Part shown: positions 1 through 10,259 of the stretch, piece after piece
Layout of the letters: each line of letters opens with the position of its first letter
Position numbering within the stretch: position 1 is the stretch's first letter
Source: an uncultured Solirubrobacteraceae bacterium
GTDB lineage: Bacteria; Actinomycetota; Thermoleophilia; Solirubrobacterales; Solirubrobacteraceae
Reading direction: 5' to 3'
Length of the DNA stretch: 64,000 bases
Assembly (NCBI GenBank): GCA_963816005.1
Contig: CAWFKF010000053.1
Coordinates: 42,200-106,199, forward strand
Translations under genes and position numbers: made by a program
The notes under the pieces: generated by a model
The model's input: only the letters and a program-made list of their open reading frames with translations
The model's database searches: none
What the model was told of the DNA's origin: nothing

Positions 1-570
1 GATCTCCCCGTCGGCCGGCTCGACTTGGCTGGCGGCGCAAGCGGCGTAGAAGCTCTCGAAGTCGACGGCGGCGTCTTGGACGAGTTGCTCGGCCGAGCGC
101 TTGGGGATCGTGGTGCCGGTCATCTCGGCCACGAGCGCGATCGCCTCGTCAAACGGGCCGCAGATGACCGCGCGGATCAGCCTGCGCTGGCACTCGTAGC
201 TCCAGACCCGGGCGGGCAGACGCAGTTCGGCGTCGAGCGGGTGGATCGCCTCGCGTCCGGGCGCGCCGTAGCCCACGCGCGTGACGCGGACCTCTCCGAA
301 CAGCGTCACCAGCGGACGGGTGTGAAGCCGCTTGCGAGCCAAGCGGACCGACTCGTTCTCGCCGGCCAGAACGATCGCCTCACCCACATCGCCGTCGCCG
401 CGGGCGTCGATGTGCGCCTGCAGCGCCAGGCGCAGGATCTCCCGGCCGCGGCGCTCTGACTCGCGCTCGAGCTCCGAGAGCCCGGCTGCCTGCGCCGCCT
501 GCCCGGACAGCCAGCGCTCCAGATCCCGGAACGCGTCGATCCCGCTGCTCGGAGAGGACCGATCCTCCAT
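1..570 (-). CDS. ISKra4/UPF0236-like transposase, N-terminal part (runs off window)
   Basis: Minus strand is homologous to the transposase N-terminus at ~39861-40450 (TLFGEVRVTR, YECQRR, FDEAIA, PKRSAEQL motifs). Confidence 0.75.
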   Translation of the reverse strand, partial: MEDRSSPSSGIDAFRDLERWLSGQAAQAAGLSELERESERRGREILRLALQAHIDARGDGDVGEAIVLAGENESVRLARKRLHTRPLVTLFGEVRVTRVGYGAPGREAIHPLDAELRLPARVWSYECQRRLIRAVICGPFDEAIALVAEMTGTTIPKRSAEQLVQDAAVDFESFYAACAASQVEPADGEI

Positions 571-596
571 CCGAGCAACCAGTATGATACAGGTAG

Positions 597-980
597 ATGA
601 CGGAACAGCCAGCCCTCGACCGCCTCGCCGCCGACTACCAGGCCGCCAAAGTCCGGCTCGCCGAGATCGGCTTCACCTGCGAGGGATCGCTCGTCTGCCG
701 CTACCGCAGCTGCAACAACCCCAACTGCCGCTGCGTCGATCCCGAACAGCGCCACGGCCCCTACTGGCAGCTCTCCTGGAAGCACTCAGGCAGAACCGTC
801 TCCCGGCTGCTGCCCACAGACGACGCCGTCCTCTACCGCGAGTGGATCGCCAACCGCCGCGCGCTCGAAGCGATCCTCGACGAGATGCGCGACCTCTCAC
901 ACAAAGCCGGCGAGCAGATTCTCGCCTCCCGGGGACGACCCCTCCACGGCCCCGAACGGCCCCGCCGCCGGGCCGCCTGA
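597..980 (+). CDS. DUF6788-like small Cys/His protein
   Basis: GS..YRSC..PNCRC...HGPYWQ motif; paralogs at 39418-39834 and 62717-63075. Confidence 0.75.
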   Translation: MTEQPALDRLAADYQAAKVRLAEIGFTCEGSLVCRYRSCNNPNCRCVDPEQRHGPYWQLSWKHSGRTVSRLLPTDDAVLYREWIANRRALEAILDEMRDLSHKAGEQILASRGRPLHGPERPRRRAA

Positions 981-1619
981 GCACGCTCAAACCCGGGATA
1001 TCCCCCCAACCCGCGGATAACCCTGGGTTGAGCGCACCTCAAAGACCCTCCTCAAATCGTCAAAACCCCGGATTACCAGGCTTTTCCTACTCGTCCTGAA
1101 GTAGCCACGCCCGGCTGATTTCGTACCGTGGGCACGTTCTTCTTGACGTTCGCGGGGCGCATGGTCGCCCCAGCCGGCGGGGTGCTGCGGTTGGTCGACT
1201 GGCGGGTCGCGACACGTTGGCCGGATGCGGGCGAGGATGCATGCACGTCAGCGGTCAGGTCACTCTGGGAACGATCTGTGCGGTCTATCGCGTGAACGGC
1301 GACGCGCCTGGGAAGTGAGCGATGGCTGACGACGAGTGCCCGCATGCTCGCGTTGCCCAATTCGTTGCGCAACGGTCTCGACCCCGCCACTGGTCGCGGC
1401 CACCCCGACAATCCCCCGGCGGTGTAGGCGCACTGACGTTGGCCGGCCGTCGCCGGATGCTGGATCCGCCCGAGGATGCGGCACCGAGCTGAGACGAAGA
1501 TCCGCGCCCGCTGCTGACGCGCCCGACGGCTTCTAATCGAGCCGAGAGGGGTCGGTCATCGCGGTGCGCTGATGTCGGTTGTTCCGCAGTCGACACGCGG
1601 AGGAGGCACGACGATCGCG

Positions 1620-3059
1620 TCAGCCCCCACCGGCGATCGTCCCGGTGCCGGTGGGAGTAGTGCTGGTGCCGGTGGGAGTAGTGCTGGTGCCGGTGGGAGT
1701 AGTGCTGGTGCCGGTGGGAGTAGTGCTGGTGCCGGTGGGAGTAGTGCTGGTGCCGGTGGGAGTAGTGCTGGTGCCGGTGGGAGTAGTGCTGGTGCTGTTA
1801 GAGCCGGGGCTGCTTGGACTGCTACCCGTGCCGCCGCCAGGGAGGGTTCCGCCGAGGGTGTTGTTGCTCCCGCCCCCGCCGCTGGTGCCGAGATGACCCC
1901 CGGTGCCGCGGGCTCCCGGGCCCGTCTGGTTGACGACGGGAGCGACGTTGGTCGTGTACGTCGAGGCGGTTGCGGACGATGAAGGAGCATGGGCTTCGTA
2001 GGGAGCGACGCTGTGCGCCGTGCCCTGCGGGTTTCGCGCGGACTTGCTGGTCACAACCCGCGGCGACAGCGCCGCGGCAGCGGCATCGACCGGGCTTCGG
2101 TTCACGCGACCTGCCCGCGCTGGCGAGACGCGGCTTGCGCTGGGCGGGCTGGTGGCGACTTCCGCCACGATCGCAACCCCCAACGCAATGATCGGAAGTC
2201 CCACGGCGAGCAGCCACTTCTTGCGTGCCAATACCCGCACGTGAGCGCGAGCACCCTGGTCTACGCGAGCCGCGGCGCCGTGCGCCGCGCCATTCACGCG
2301 AGAGGCTCCGTCACCGCGCGCGGCTCGGTCGCCACGGTGGTTGAGGATCCGGACATGCTTGCGTAAATCGACGCGCTTGCGTAACCCGATTACGGCGGGG
2401 CCGGCCGCTTCGGCCAGGTCGTCCTCGCCGCGTTCATGTGGGTCTCGGCGCGTCGCGTCGCCGTTGGCGCCCTCACCCTTGTTCTCAAGCAGCGCGGCAA
2501 GGTTGAACGTGCCGTCGGCAAAATCACGTCGATCGGCGCGCTGGAAGGCGGCCTCGGCGCCGGCCATATCGCCCTTCTCTGCGAGCAACACGCCGAGGTT
2601 GGACGCGGCGGCGGCGTGGCCGCGCCCATCAGCGCGACTGTAGGCCGCCTCGGCAGCGACCAGCTCCCCCTGCTGTTCGAGCAACGCGCCCAGATTAAAC
2701 GCGCCATTCGCATCGTCACGCGCATCGGCGCGACGATACGCCGCCTCGGCGGCTGCCCGCTCACCCTGCTCTTCGAGCAGCACCCCGAGGTTGCACGCCG
2801 CCGCGGCGTGACCGCCTTCATCGGCGCGACGATAGGCCCACTCGGCGGCATCGCGCTGACCCTGTTGTTCGAGCACTACCCCGAGATTGAACGCAACGGC
2901 GGGATCGCCCAGCTTATCTTCGCGACCATCGGCCGTCGTCTCGTCGGCCATGTCACCACGTGGCATGCCGTGCTCCAGTACGCCGACATCGCCGCGCTCG
3001 TCGTTGCGCGATGTGGATCCGTTAGCTCGAGACATGCCACCCTCCGCTTCGAGCGGCAC
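1620..3059 (-). CDS. TPR/Sel1-repeat protein with TM helix and Thr/Gly-rich extracellular tail
   Basis: Repeated AAxNLGVLL...AEAAYRRAD units, hydrophobic WLLAVGLPIIALGVAIV segment, TSTTPTG repeats. Confidence 0.75.
   Translation of the reverse strand: MPLEAEGGMSRANGSTSRNDERGDVGVLEHGMPRGDMADETTADGREDKLGDPAVAFNLGVVLEQQGQRDAAEWAYRRADEGGHAAAACNLGVLLEEQGERAAAEAAYRRADARDDANGAFNLGALLEQQGELVAAEAAYSRADGRGHAAAASNLGVLLAEKGDMAGAEAAFQRADRRDFADGTFNLAALLENKGEGANGDATRRDPHERGEDDLAEAAGPAVIGLRKRVDLRKHVRILNHRGDRAARGDGASRVNGAAHGAAARVDQGARAHVRVLARKKWLLAVGLPIIALGVAIVAEVATSPPSASRVSPARAGRVNRSPVDAAAAALSPRVVTSKSARNPQGTAHSVAPYEAHAPSSSATASTYTTNVAPVVNQTGPGARGTGGHLGTSGGGGSNNTLGGTLPGGGTGSSPSSPGSNSTSTTPTGTSTTPTGTSTTPTGTSTTPTGTSTTPTGTSTTPTGTSTTPTGTGTIAGGG
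1644..1795. repeat. 21-bp tandem repeat x7 (GGTGCCGGTGGGAGTAGTGCT), coding TSTTPTG
   Basis: Directly visible perfect tandem copies without spacers. Confidence 0.95.
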
Positions 3060-3231
3060 GCCAAATTACCCCGCCGAATATCGCTGGCATCTCGCTGGAC
3101 AGACTCTCACAGTATGCAGGACCAACCCCCACGCTAGCTCCTCTTCGGTCGCAAGCCGTCCTGATCGACGGATCATACGCCGAGTGAGCTAGGATTGCGA
3201 AGGCCGGCTAGGCAGTCGGCCCGTAACGAGC

Positions 3232-4641
3232 ATGGTGGCACGGATCACGCATCGTCTGCAAGCGGCCGCTGGGGGGTGGTCGGCATGGCATGCCCGCTTG
3301 CCGTCCTTGATCGCGTTGGCCCTTCTCTCGGCGGTCGTGAGCGGCTGGGTGCTGGCTGAGCCGGCGGAGGGGGCTGGGCCGGCGACGGCGATCAGCGTGT
3401 CGCTCTCGCCGAGCAGCATCGCGGCCAACGGTGTTTCTACAACCACCGCCACGGCGACGGTGACCGACTCCAGCGGACTCCCAGTAGGCGCTGACAGCGT
3501 CGTCTTTGCATCTAGCGACCCAAACGAGAAGGTGGGCTTCACGACGAGGGGGGGCAACGGCACCTACACGGCCCAGATCACAAGCTCGACCACGGTTGGC
3601 CTGATAACCATCACCGCGACCGATGGGGATCTCACCGCTGAGGCGACCCTTGTACAGGGCAGCAACACGTTGCTCGTGGCCTCCCAGTCAGCTCTCGTCA
3701 CGAACGAAAGGGTGGCGCTGTTCGCGGCGGTTAGCTCGGCCACGGGCTCCCCGTCGGGGACGATCACGTTCAACGAAGGCGGCGCGCCGATCGCAGGCTG
3801 TGTGGGGCAATCGATCACGCCGTCAAACCCGGCTGCCACCTGCCAGACGTCATTCGCCGCGTCCACGTCGCCCGAGCAGGTCACAGCGGTGTTCACGCCG
3901 AACCCCGCATCACCCACCCCTGGATCTACGGGCGCCATAACCCTCATCGTCAAGCCGGACTCCACGTCCGTCTCCCTCGACCTGTCGCCTACAGCGAACG
4001 TCGGCCAGAGCACGACCTATACGGCCACGGTTACACCTCCGGCAATCCGCCCTGGACCCGTCGAGCCGTCAGGCTCGGTCGAGTTCTTCGACAACGGAAA
4101 ACCGATCCGGTCGTGCCTACGCCAACCCGTGGTGAGCCGGGGCGCAACGTGCATGCTGACCTACAAGGCGCTCGGCAGGCATACCATCCGTGCGCGGTAC
4201 GGTGGCGATTCCAACTTCACAGGCGCCACTTCGTCGGCGCGGCCGATCAACGTCGTCACGCTACCCGCGAACGTGCTTGGCTACGTGACCTCGACGATGC
4301 AGTGGACCTTCGCGTACACGGCCACATCCACGAAGGTCCTGGCGCTCGTCGTCAATGGAGCGCCCGCCGGCGCAACCGTGCTCATCAGGTGCCGGGGCGG
4401 AGGTTGCCCGTTTGCGCAGCACACGATCGCCGTTGTGAAGAAGCTGGCCCACGGCAGCATCAACCTGACGTCTTCCTTTCAACAGCGCCCTCTGCAAGTT
4501 GCGGCAACGATCACCGTCGTGATCAGCCGCCCGAGCTGGATCGGTAAGTACTATGCGTTCACGATGCGCGCTCAGCGGGGGCCGAGCATCAAGATCGCGT
4601 GCCTCGCCCCCGGTCGCACTCAACCCGGCGTTGGTTGCTGA
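3232..4641 (+). CDS. Secreted Ig-like domain protein (invasin Big_1-like plus Big_3-like repeats)
   Basis: Signal-like hydrophobic stretch; ANGVSTTTATATVTDS and PSGSVEFFD...HTIRARYGGDSNF motifs. Confidence 0.8.
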   Translation: MVARITHRLQAAAGGWSAWHARLPSLIALALLSAVVSGWVLAEPAEGAGPATAISVSLSPSSIAANGVSTTTATATVTDSSGLPVGADSVVFASSDPNEKVGFTTRGGNGTYTAQITSSTTVGLITITATDGDLTAEATLVQGSNTLLVASQSALVTNERVALFAAVSSATGSPSGTITFNEGGAPIAGCVGQSITPSNPAATCQTSFAASTSPEQVTAVFTPNPASPTPGSTGAITLIVKPDSTSVSLDLSPTANVGQSTTYTATVTPPAIRPGPVEPSGSVEFFDNGKPIRSCLRQPVVSRGATCMLTYKALGRHTIRARYGGDSNFTGATSSARPINVVTLPANVLGYVTSTMQWTFAYTATSTKVLALVVNGAPAGATVLIRCRGGGCPFAQHTIAVVKKLAHGSINLTSSFQQRPLQVAATITVVISRPSWIGKYYAFTMRAQRGPSIKIACLAPGRTQPGVGC

Positions 4642-4677
4642 ACCTAACATCGATCACAAGCACCCGAACTGACCGCT

Positions 4678-5577
4678 GTGTTCGACCTCGAAAGCCATTT
4701 TCCTAATCGCGAAGTGCCTCAAGGGCTCACGCTCGAGCTCGATGGCCTGCACGCCGACGTGAAGCTGCGTGCCGGCGAGAGCCACGTCCGGATGACCGTC
4801 GGACCTGATCCCAGCGAGGCATTGGACGACCTCACCATCGAGTATGGCGCAGCCACCAAGACCCTGTCTCTACGGCAACCACCCTTGCATTTCACAAGCG
4901 GCGGGGGGATATCGATCAGCAGCAGCAGCGTCAGGATTGGCTCATTCACACGGACTGTTGCCACCGCCGGAAGGATCGTCGTCAACGGCGTCGACCTGAC
5001 CGATGTCGTACGGGAGCGCCAAGGCGGGGGCTCGGCTGACCGAGCTGCCGTGGAGATAGAGGTGCCCAAAGGCACCCACTTGACCGCGGCCCACGTAGCC
5101 GGACGGATCCAGGCTGATGGTCTCGACGGTCAACTCAACCTGAACGCGGACATGGAGTTCCCGGTCAGCGTCACGGGCGTCAGAGAGAATGCCATCCTCA
5201 CCCTCACTGGAGCCGCCGACGTCAGCCTCGACGACGTCACTGGGACCTTGCGAGCGACGACGGTTGGAAGCGGCGATCTGACGCTCAGAAACGTCGACCT
5301 GGAATCAGCCTCGCTGATCGCAACCGGCTCCGGGAACCGCGAGATCAGAGGCCATATCGCCAACATGGTGCTGACTACCAGTGGAAGTGGCGACACCCTC
5401 CTAGTGGGTCAGCTGGGGAGTTTGGGCGGCAGAACGATTGGGGCTGGGGACGTCTCCATCGAGGGTGGATTAGGAGACGGCATCAGCCCGCGCAGCCTAG
5501 TCTCGCTTGGCTCTGGGAGGGTCACGATCCGTCGGACGGGTCCATACGCTCGCCCTGCCGGTCGCGCGACGAGATAA
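4678..5577 (+). CDS. DUF4097/DUF2807-like beta-solenoid (putative adhesin) protein
   Basis: IEVPKG motif followed by repeated GSGD turns. Confidence 0.65.
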   Translation: MFDLESHFPNREVPQGLTLELDGLHADVKLRAGESHVRMTVGPDPSEALDDLTIEYGAATKTLSLRQPPLHFTSGGGISISSSSVRIGSFTRTVATAGRIVVNGVDLTDVVRERQGGGSADRAAVEIEVPKGTHLTAAHVAGRIQADGLDGQLNLNADMEFPVSVTGVRENAILTLTGAADVSLDDVTGTLRATTVGSGDLTLRNVDLESASLIATGSGNREIRGHIANMVLTTSGSGDTLLVGQLGSLGGRTIGAGDVSIEGGLGDGISPRSLVSLGSGRVTIRRTGPYARPAGRATR

Positions 5578-5592
5578 TGGATCTCTGGATTT

Positions 5593-5722
5593 CTGAAGCG
5601 AAATCCCCGTCAGGCGACGACCTCCCTGGGTTGGAGCGTCACGGTATGGCCGAGCGCTTCGAGCTGTCGGATCAGGCGTCGGGTGGTCTGGTCGGGGTTT
5701 TGGTGGGTGAAGTAGTCGGCTC
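5593..5722 (-). pseudogene. IS110 transposase C-terminal remnant
   Basis: Minus strand reads ADYFTHQNPDQTTRRLIRQLEALGHTVTLQP*, a typical IS110 C-terminus. Confidence 0.7.
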
Positions 5723-5787
5723 CTCCACGTTTCGTGTGGAGTTACGCCGGTGTGGGACCAGGATTGAGTTTCCCGGCGACCAAGTAG

Positions 5788-5955
5788 ATCATCGCGATTG
5801 CCAGTCGGCGACGAGCTGGCGGTATGCGCGCTCGCCTTGCTCGGCGAGCTCGCGCTCGAGCCGTCGGACGTCCTTGAGTGAGTACGCGGCGGCTTTGCCC
5901 TTCTGACCGCGGCGGGATGGCATGCCGGCTCGCAGCTCGAGCGCGCGAAGCTTTT
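5788..5955 (-). pseudogene. Second IS110-like transposase C-terminal remnant
   Basis: LRALELRAG...ERELAEQGERAYRQLVADW resembles another IS110 subtype C-terminus. Confidence 0.55.
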
Positions 5956-5956
5956 A

Positions 5957-6237
5957 GGGTGCGGCTCTTCTGGAGTGACGTGGGAACGCCCGGATTTGCT
6001 GGTGATTCAGGAGACCAGGCGGTCTGAGGGCCTTGTTTTCGCCAGCGCAGGGGCGCTGTGCAGACCTTGAGCGGGCGAAAGCGCGCTCAGACGTCGCAAG
6101 ACCGCTCGGATACCACTAGTTCCTGTCGATGGAGCAGCGACCGGCACGGGCCAGATATCCGAATAACCGCGCAATTTGCAGGAGATTTATAACTTCCCGC
6201 CCAGGCGTCTCCAAGTCACTCCAGAAGAGCCGCACCC
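5957..6237. mobile_element. 281-bp MITE with ISKra4-like TIRs
   Basis: Perfect 23-bp TIR GGGTGCGGCTCTTCTGGAGTGAC; 9-bp flanks AAGCTTTTA/AAGCTTTTT; no ORF. Confidence 0.85.
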
Positions 6238-6249
6238 AAGCTTTTTGGA

Positions 6250-6786
6250 AGCTCCTGCATGAACCGTGGGTGGTGTCACCGGTTGGGTAGTGGTGGGCAG
6301 AGGCCGCCGAGGGAGAGCATCGCGAGCGCGATCACGGCCCAGGGTGAGTGGTAGCCGAACCCGCGTCGGGTGATCAGCCGGATCTGGGTGTTCACTTGCT
6401 CCGTTCTCGCGTTCGACAAGCCGTGCCGCAGCGCCGCCTCGATCCCCGGACGCTGCTTGCTGATCGTCTTGGCGAGCTTCACGAACGGGGAAAGCCGGCA
6501 GCGCCGGGCCCAGTTGAGCCAGGCATCGAGCAGCTCGAGCGCCTGCTCGCAGGGGACGCGGTAGATCATCCGCAGCTGCTGGGCGATGAGGTAGGCGCGG
6601 TACAGATCCTTGTTGATCTCTTGGACGCGGGCGAGCTTCTGTTGGTGGCGTTCGGTGAGCCGCTCGGGGTTCATCCAGAGCGCGAACCGGGCGCCCTTGA
6701 GCTCGCGCGCGAGCCCGGGCTGTCCGGCTTTGCGGGCGTCGTTCCAGACCTCGCGGCGGACCTCGTCCGAGCGCGTCGGTGGAGAG
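6250..6786 (-). pseudogene. ISL3 transposase 3' part, interrupted by group II intron O
   Basis: ALDEVRR...SNARTEQVNTQIRLITRRGFGYHS motifs; GCTCC-type end near 6250. Confidence 0.85.
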
Positions 6787-7401
6787 GTAGGGTCGGCCCG
6801 CGGCGCGGTGGCGGCCTTTCGGCCGCTCCGTTTCCGCGGGCCGCCCCCCGAACCCGGCGTGCGAGTCCCCCCGCACCGGGCTCTCCACGGGCGTGCCGGT
6901 GTTCATCTGGCGATCAGTCCTTCCAGGTAGTCCATGGCTGTGGCGTGGTCGCGCAACGCGACGTAGCCAGCTGTCCACGGGAGCGGGATCTGCGCGCCCC
7001 GGTAGCGGTATCGGCTAGTGCCGACCGCCACCGGGTTGAACAGCTCCACGCCGTTGTGGGCGGGCCACCGCTCCGTGAGGTAGGTGCGGCGCAGCCAGTC
7101 CCAGTTCCGCTTGCGGTGTTTTCGGCGCAGCCATCCGACCACTCGCCAGTAGGCGTAGTGGCGCAGATAGCCGAATGTCGCAGAGGACACCCCGTGGCGG
7201 AAGTAGTTGCACCAGCCTCGCAGCACGCGGTTGACGCGATGCAAGAGCTGGTCGGGTGCCTGGTCGGGGCCGGTGTGCTTGGTGATCTGACGTACCTTCG
7301 CCTTGACGGTCTGGAGTGACCGCTTCGACGGGTAGGTATGGATCACCATCCGGCCGTGACGTCCGCGGACGCGCTTGATCGCGAATCCGAGGAAGTCCTC
7401 C

Positions 7402-9615
7402 GTGCGCCACGAGGCTCCATGCGAAAGGAGATGAAGGACGAAAGACATCTCATCCGTGCCGGCTGGAATGCCGGCCCCGGGCTGATGCAGCGGCCCGGAG
7501 AAGCTGGGGACGGCCAAGGCGCGGGATCGCGCGTCAGAGGTCAAGCGTCCCGACAACGTGACGGCCGGGCGGCACTGCCAGACGCCCGCGTGCGTGCTAG
7601 CAAGACCGAAAGGTAGAGCGAAAGCGAAGTGGTGGTAGAAACCCCTCGATTCCTCGAGCGACTCGAAACCTGGCGGATCTGGGTCGTCGACAGCAACGAT
7701 GCCGCTCTGTTGGACGGCGGCTCGCTCCACGTCCGGATGTCTAGTCCGGGCGTGGTGGCCGGCGGGAGACTGCGAGTGCCCGTCGGATGGGCTGTAGGGG
7801 TAAAGCCAGCTGCCGACCCGGTCAAACGGATCATGGCGAACGTGGGAAGCGCCCCGTGCGCGCCGGGCTGCTGGTGGCAGCCCGGCAAGGCCCGATGCCG
7901 GCTGATGGGCGCGGGGCGTGGCGGAGTCCGCGTAGTAGTCCGAGGGCGGGAAAGCCGTCCACATGGCGAAGGCGGACAGCAGGACCGCAGCATCAGAAGC
8001 CGTTCGGGAGGTCGGGCGTGAATACGCTCGCGCCGCTTGACGCCAAGTTGGCCGAAGAGCGGGTACTGGGATGGCAGACGAAGCTGCACCGATGGGCAGT
8101 CGGGGACGAGCAGCAGCGCTTCGGTGACCTGTTCAACCTCGTCTGCGACCCCGCGACGTTGCTCGTCGCGTGGGAGCGGGTGAAACGTAACCGGGGGTCG
8201 CGAACCGCCGGTGTTGATGGCCAGACCCGCAGGCGGGTCGAACAGTTGGGCGTGGATGGTGTCTTGTCTAAGCTCCGTGAGGAGCTCAAGACGGGCACCT
8301 ACCGCCCGCTGCCGGCGCGTGAGCGGTTGATCCCGAAGCGCTCGGGGAAGCTCAGAAGCTTGGGCATCTCGACGGTGCGCGACAGGATCGTTCAGACGGC
8401 GACCAGGCTCGTGCTCGAGCCGATCTTCGAGGCGGACTTCTGCCCGACCTCGTATGGATTTCGGCCCGGGCGCCGAGCCCAGGACGCCATCGAGCAGGTG
8501 CGGTTCTTCATCCATGCCCCTCGCTCGTACGAGTGGGTGATCGAGGGAGACGTCGAGGACTGTTTCGGGTCGATCCATCAGGGTTTCCTGATGGACCAGG
8601 TGCGATCTCGGGTGACCGACAAGCGCGTCCTGGGATTGGTCCGCCGGTTCCTCGCCGCCGGTGTCATGCGCGAGCTTGACAGCGTGACCGCAACGCCATC
8701 GGGCACGCCACAAGGGTCGAGTCTCTCGCCCCTGTTGTCGAACATTGCCCTCTCGGTACTCGACCGCCACTTCGAGGCGGCATGGGCAGCGCGCACGCAC
8801 GACCAGCGCTGGCGTGACCGGGCCGAAGGCCGCCCCAGCTATCGAATGATCCGCTTCGCGGACGACTTCGTGGTGCTGGTCCGCGGCACCGAAGCCCAAG
8901 CCCGTCAGATCAAGGAGCAGACGGCCGAGTTCATGGCAGAGCAGCTGCGCTTGACGCTCTCGCCCGAGAAAACGCACGTCACCCACGTCGACGACGGCTT
9001 CGATCTGCTCGGGTTCCGCATCAAGCGGCGACCCTGGCGGACCGCTGGCAAGCACGTCGCCTACACGTTCCCAAGCCAACGAGCGCTGCGCGAGGTCATG
9101 CACCGAATCAAGACGCTGACCGACCGCAGCACGCTGAACCTCTCGCTCGATCAGTTGATCCACGCGCTCAACCCAATCCTCAGGGGTTGGACCAACTACC
9201 ACCGTCATAACGCGAGTAAGCGCTGCTTCGCGTATCTCAGCTACTACCTGTGGTGGCGAGTGATCCGCTGGCTGCGCAAGAAGTACCCGCGGCTGACCTG
9301 GAAACAGCTCAGGCGACGGTGTTGGGGGCGCAATTGGACCAGCCGCGAAGGCACGAGGCTCGCGTGGCCCTCCGAGGTCCCGGTGACCCGATATCGCTAT
9401 CGCGGCCACCGGATCCCCTCGCCGTGGGCAGCGACCCGGACAGGACGGGCCACCACCCGACCAGGAACCGCTACCGCATGAAATCAGCGACAGGATCGGC
9501 CATCGCGCGTCCTGTGGAGAGCCGGATGCTCAGGAATGGGCACGTCCGGTTCGGCGAGCGGGTCGGGGAAACGGACCGGCGGCAACGCCGGCACCGCGCC
9601 CCGGCCCGACCCAAC
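7402..9615 (+). mobile_element. Group II intron P1 (complete), inserted antisense in RT of intron O
   Basis: 5' GTGCG, DV GAGCCGGATGCTCAGGAATGGGCACGTCCGGTTC, 3' CCCAAC; 3 near-identical copies. Confidence 0.93.
8018..9481 (+). CDS. ltrA: Group II intron reverse transcriptase/maturase (P1, no endonuclease domain)
   Basis: AGVDG, GTPQGS, RFADDF, RGWTNY motifs; GTG start after GGAGG. Confidence 0.92.
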   Translation: MNTLAPLDAKLAEERVLGWQTKLHRWAVGDEQQRFGDLFNLVCDPATLLVAWERVKRNRGSRTAGVDGQTRRRVEQLGVDGVLSKLREELKTGTYRPLPARERLIPKRSGKLRSLGISTVRDRIVQTATRLVLEPIFEADFCPTSYGFRPGRRAQDAIEQVRFFIHAPRSYEWVIEGDVEDCFGSIHQGFLMDQVRSRVTDKRVLGLVRRFLAAGVMRELDSVTATPSGTPQGSSLSPLLSNIALSVLDRHFEAAWAARTHDQRWRDRAEGRPSYRMIRFADDFVVLVRGTEAQARQIKEQTAEFMAEQLRLTLSPEKTHVTHVDDGFDLLGFRIKRRPWRTAGKHVAYTFPSQRALREVMHRIKTLTDRSTLNLSLDQLIHALNPILRGWTNYHRHNASKRCFAYLSYYLWWRVIRWLRKKYPRLTWKQLRRRCWGRNWTSREGTRLAWPSEVPVTRYRYRGHRIPSPWAATRTGRATTRPGTATA

Positions 9616-9742
9616 CCCTCGTCGATCGACACAACGCGGGTTTTCTCTGGAGAGAGCTTGAGCCCGAGCGGTGCGATCACCTGCTCGACCTCGGTTTTCA
9701 GCGCCTCGGCGTGCTCCTTGCCGCCCGCTACGCAGACGACGA

Positions 9743-10259
9743 GGCGAGTCGCCGGAGAGCGTCTCAGCCTCCGGCTCTCGCAGAACCCGGCGTGACCCTC
9801 TCCGCTCACCGGGCTCCCCTCTCCAACCGTCAGGGCGCACACCCACTTCCAGTGCGCGAACAGGCCGGGCTCGCGTCTCGCGACGTCCGCTATGAACCTG
9901 CGTGCTCGCCTGGGTCGCGGCGCAGTCGTTTGTTCTTCCGCATGGCCCACCTCAGGAGCGTGTCGTTGAAGTGGCGCAAGACCGGATCCATCATGGACCT
10001 GTAGAACTTTCCGTAGTAGTTCATCCAGCCCTGGAGCTGGCGATTGAGACATCAGCGCCAGGTCCGTGAGGGTCTTGTCCGAGCGGCGAGCGACGCCCCA
10101 GCGGCGCATCTCGCGCCGCAACCGCGTCTTCGTCTCGCTCGACACCGCCGGAGAGAAGTTCACGAAGTGCTTCCCGCTCCTGTTCTCGCCAGCCGCGGCC
10201 GGAACGTGAACGCCAGGAAGTGAAACGACGTGTGCTCGTAGTCTCCACGCCGGTTGTCG
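9743..10259 (-). mobile_element. Class D-like group II intron H, 3' part (frameshifted maturase end, DV-DVI)
   Basis: DNRRGDYEHTSF...EPGLFAHWK; DV GAGCCCGGTGAGCGGAGAGGGTCACGCCGGGTTC; host RT resumes TC GTC GTC just after the DD codons. Confidence 0.8.

Larger units (their letters stand above)
1..1112 (-). mobile_element. ISKra4-like IS (left part outside window) with divergent DUF6788-like gene
   Basis: Terminal TCGTCCTGAAGTAGCCACGCCC at ~1091-1112 matches the TIRs of the 39296-41315 element; same gene layout. Confidence 0.8.
6787..9742 (-). mobile_element. Group II intron O, 3' half (RT/maturase 9742-9616 and 7401-6903), interrupted by P1
   Basis: DV GAGCCCGGTGCGGGGGGACTCGCACGCCGGGTTC and end CCGACCCTAC; RT rejoins as LSPEKTRVVSIDEG|EDFLGF; RGWCNYF maturase motif. 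Confidence 0.85.

Noticed and set aside
1644-1795. Possible CRISPR array
   Set aside because: Tandem repeat with no spacers, in frame within a CDS; no cas genes nearby.
7541-9409. Long minus-strand ORFs opposite P RTs (also 14602-16221, 25193-26704) and similar ones at 28355-29701 and 43849-45591
   Set aside because: Antisense shadows of high-GC RT and transposase genes with no recognisable motifs.
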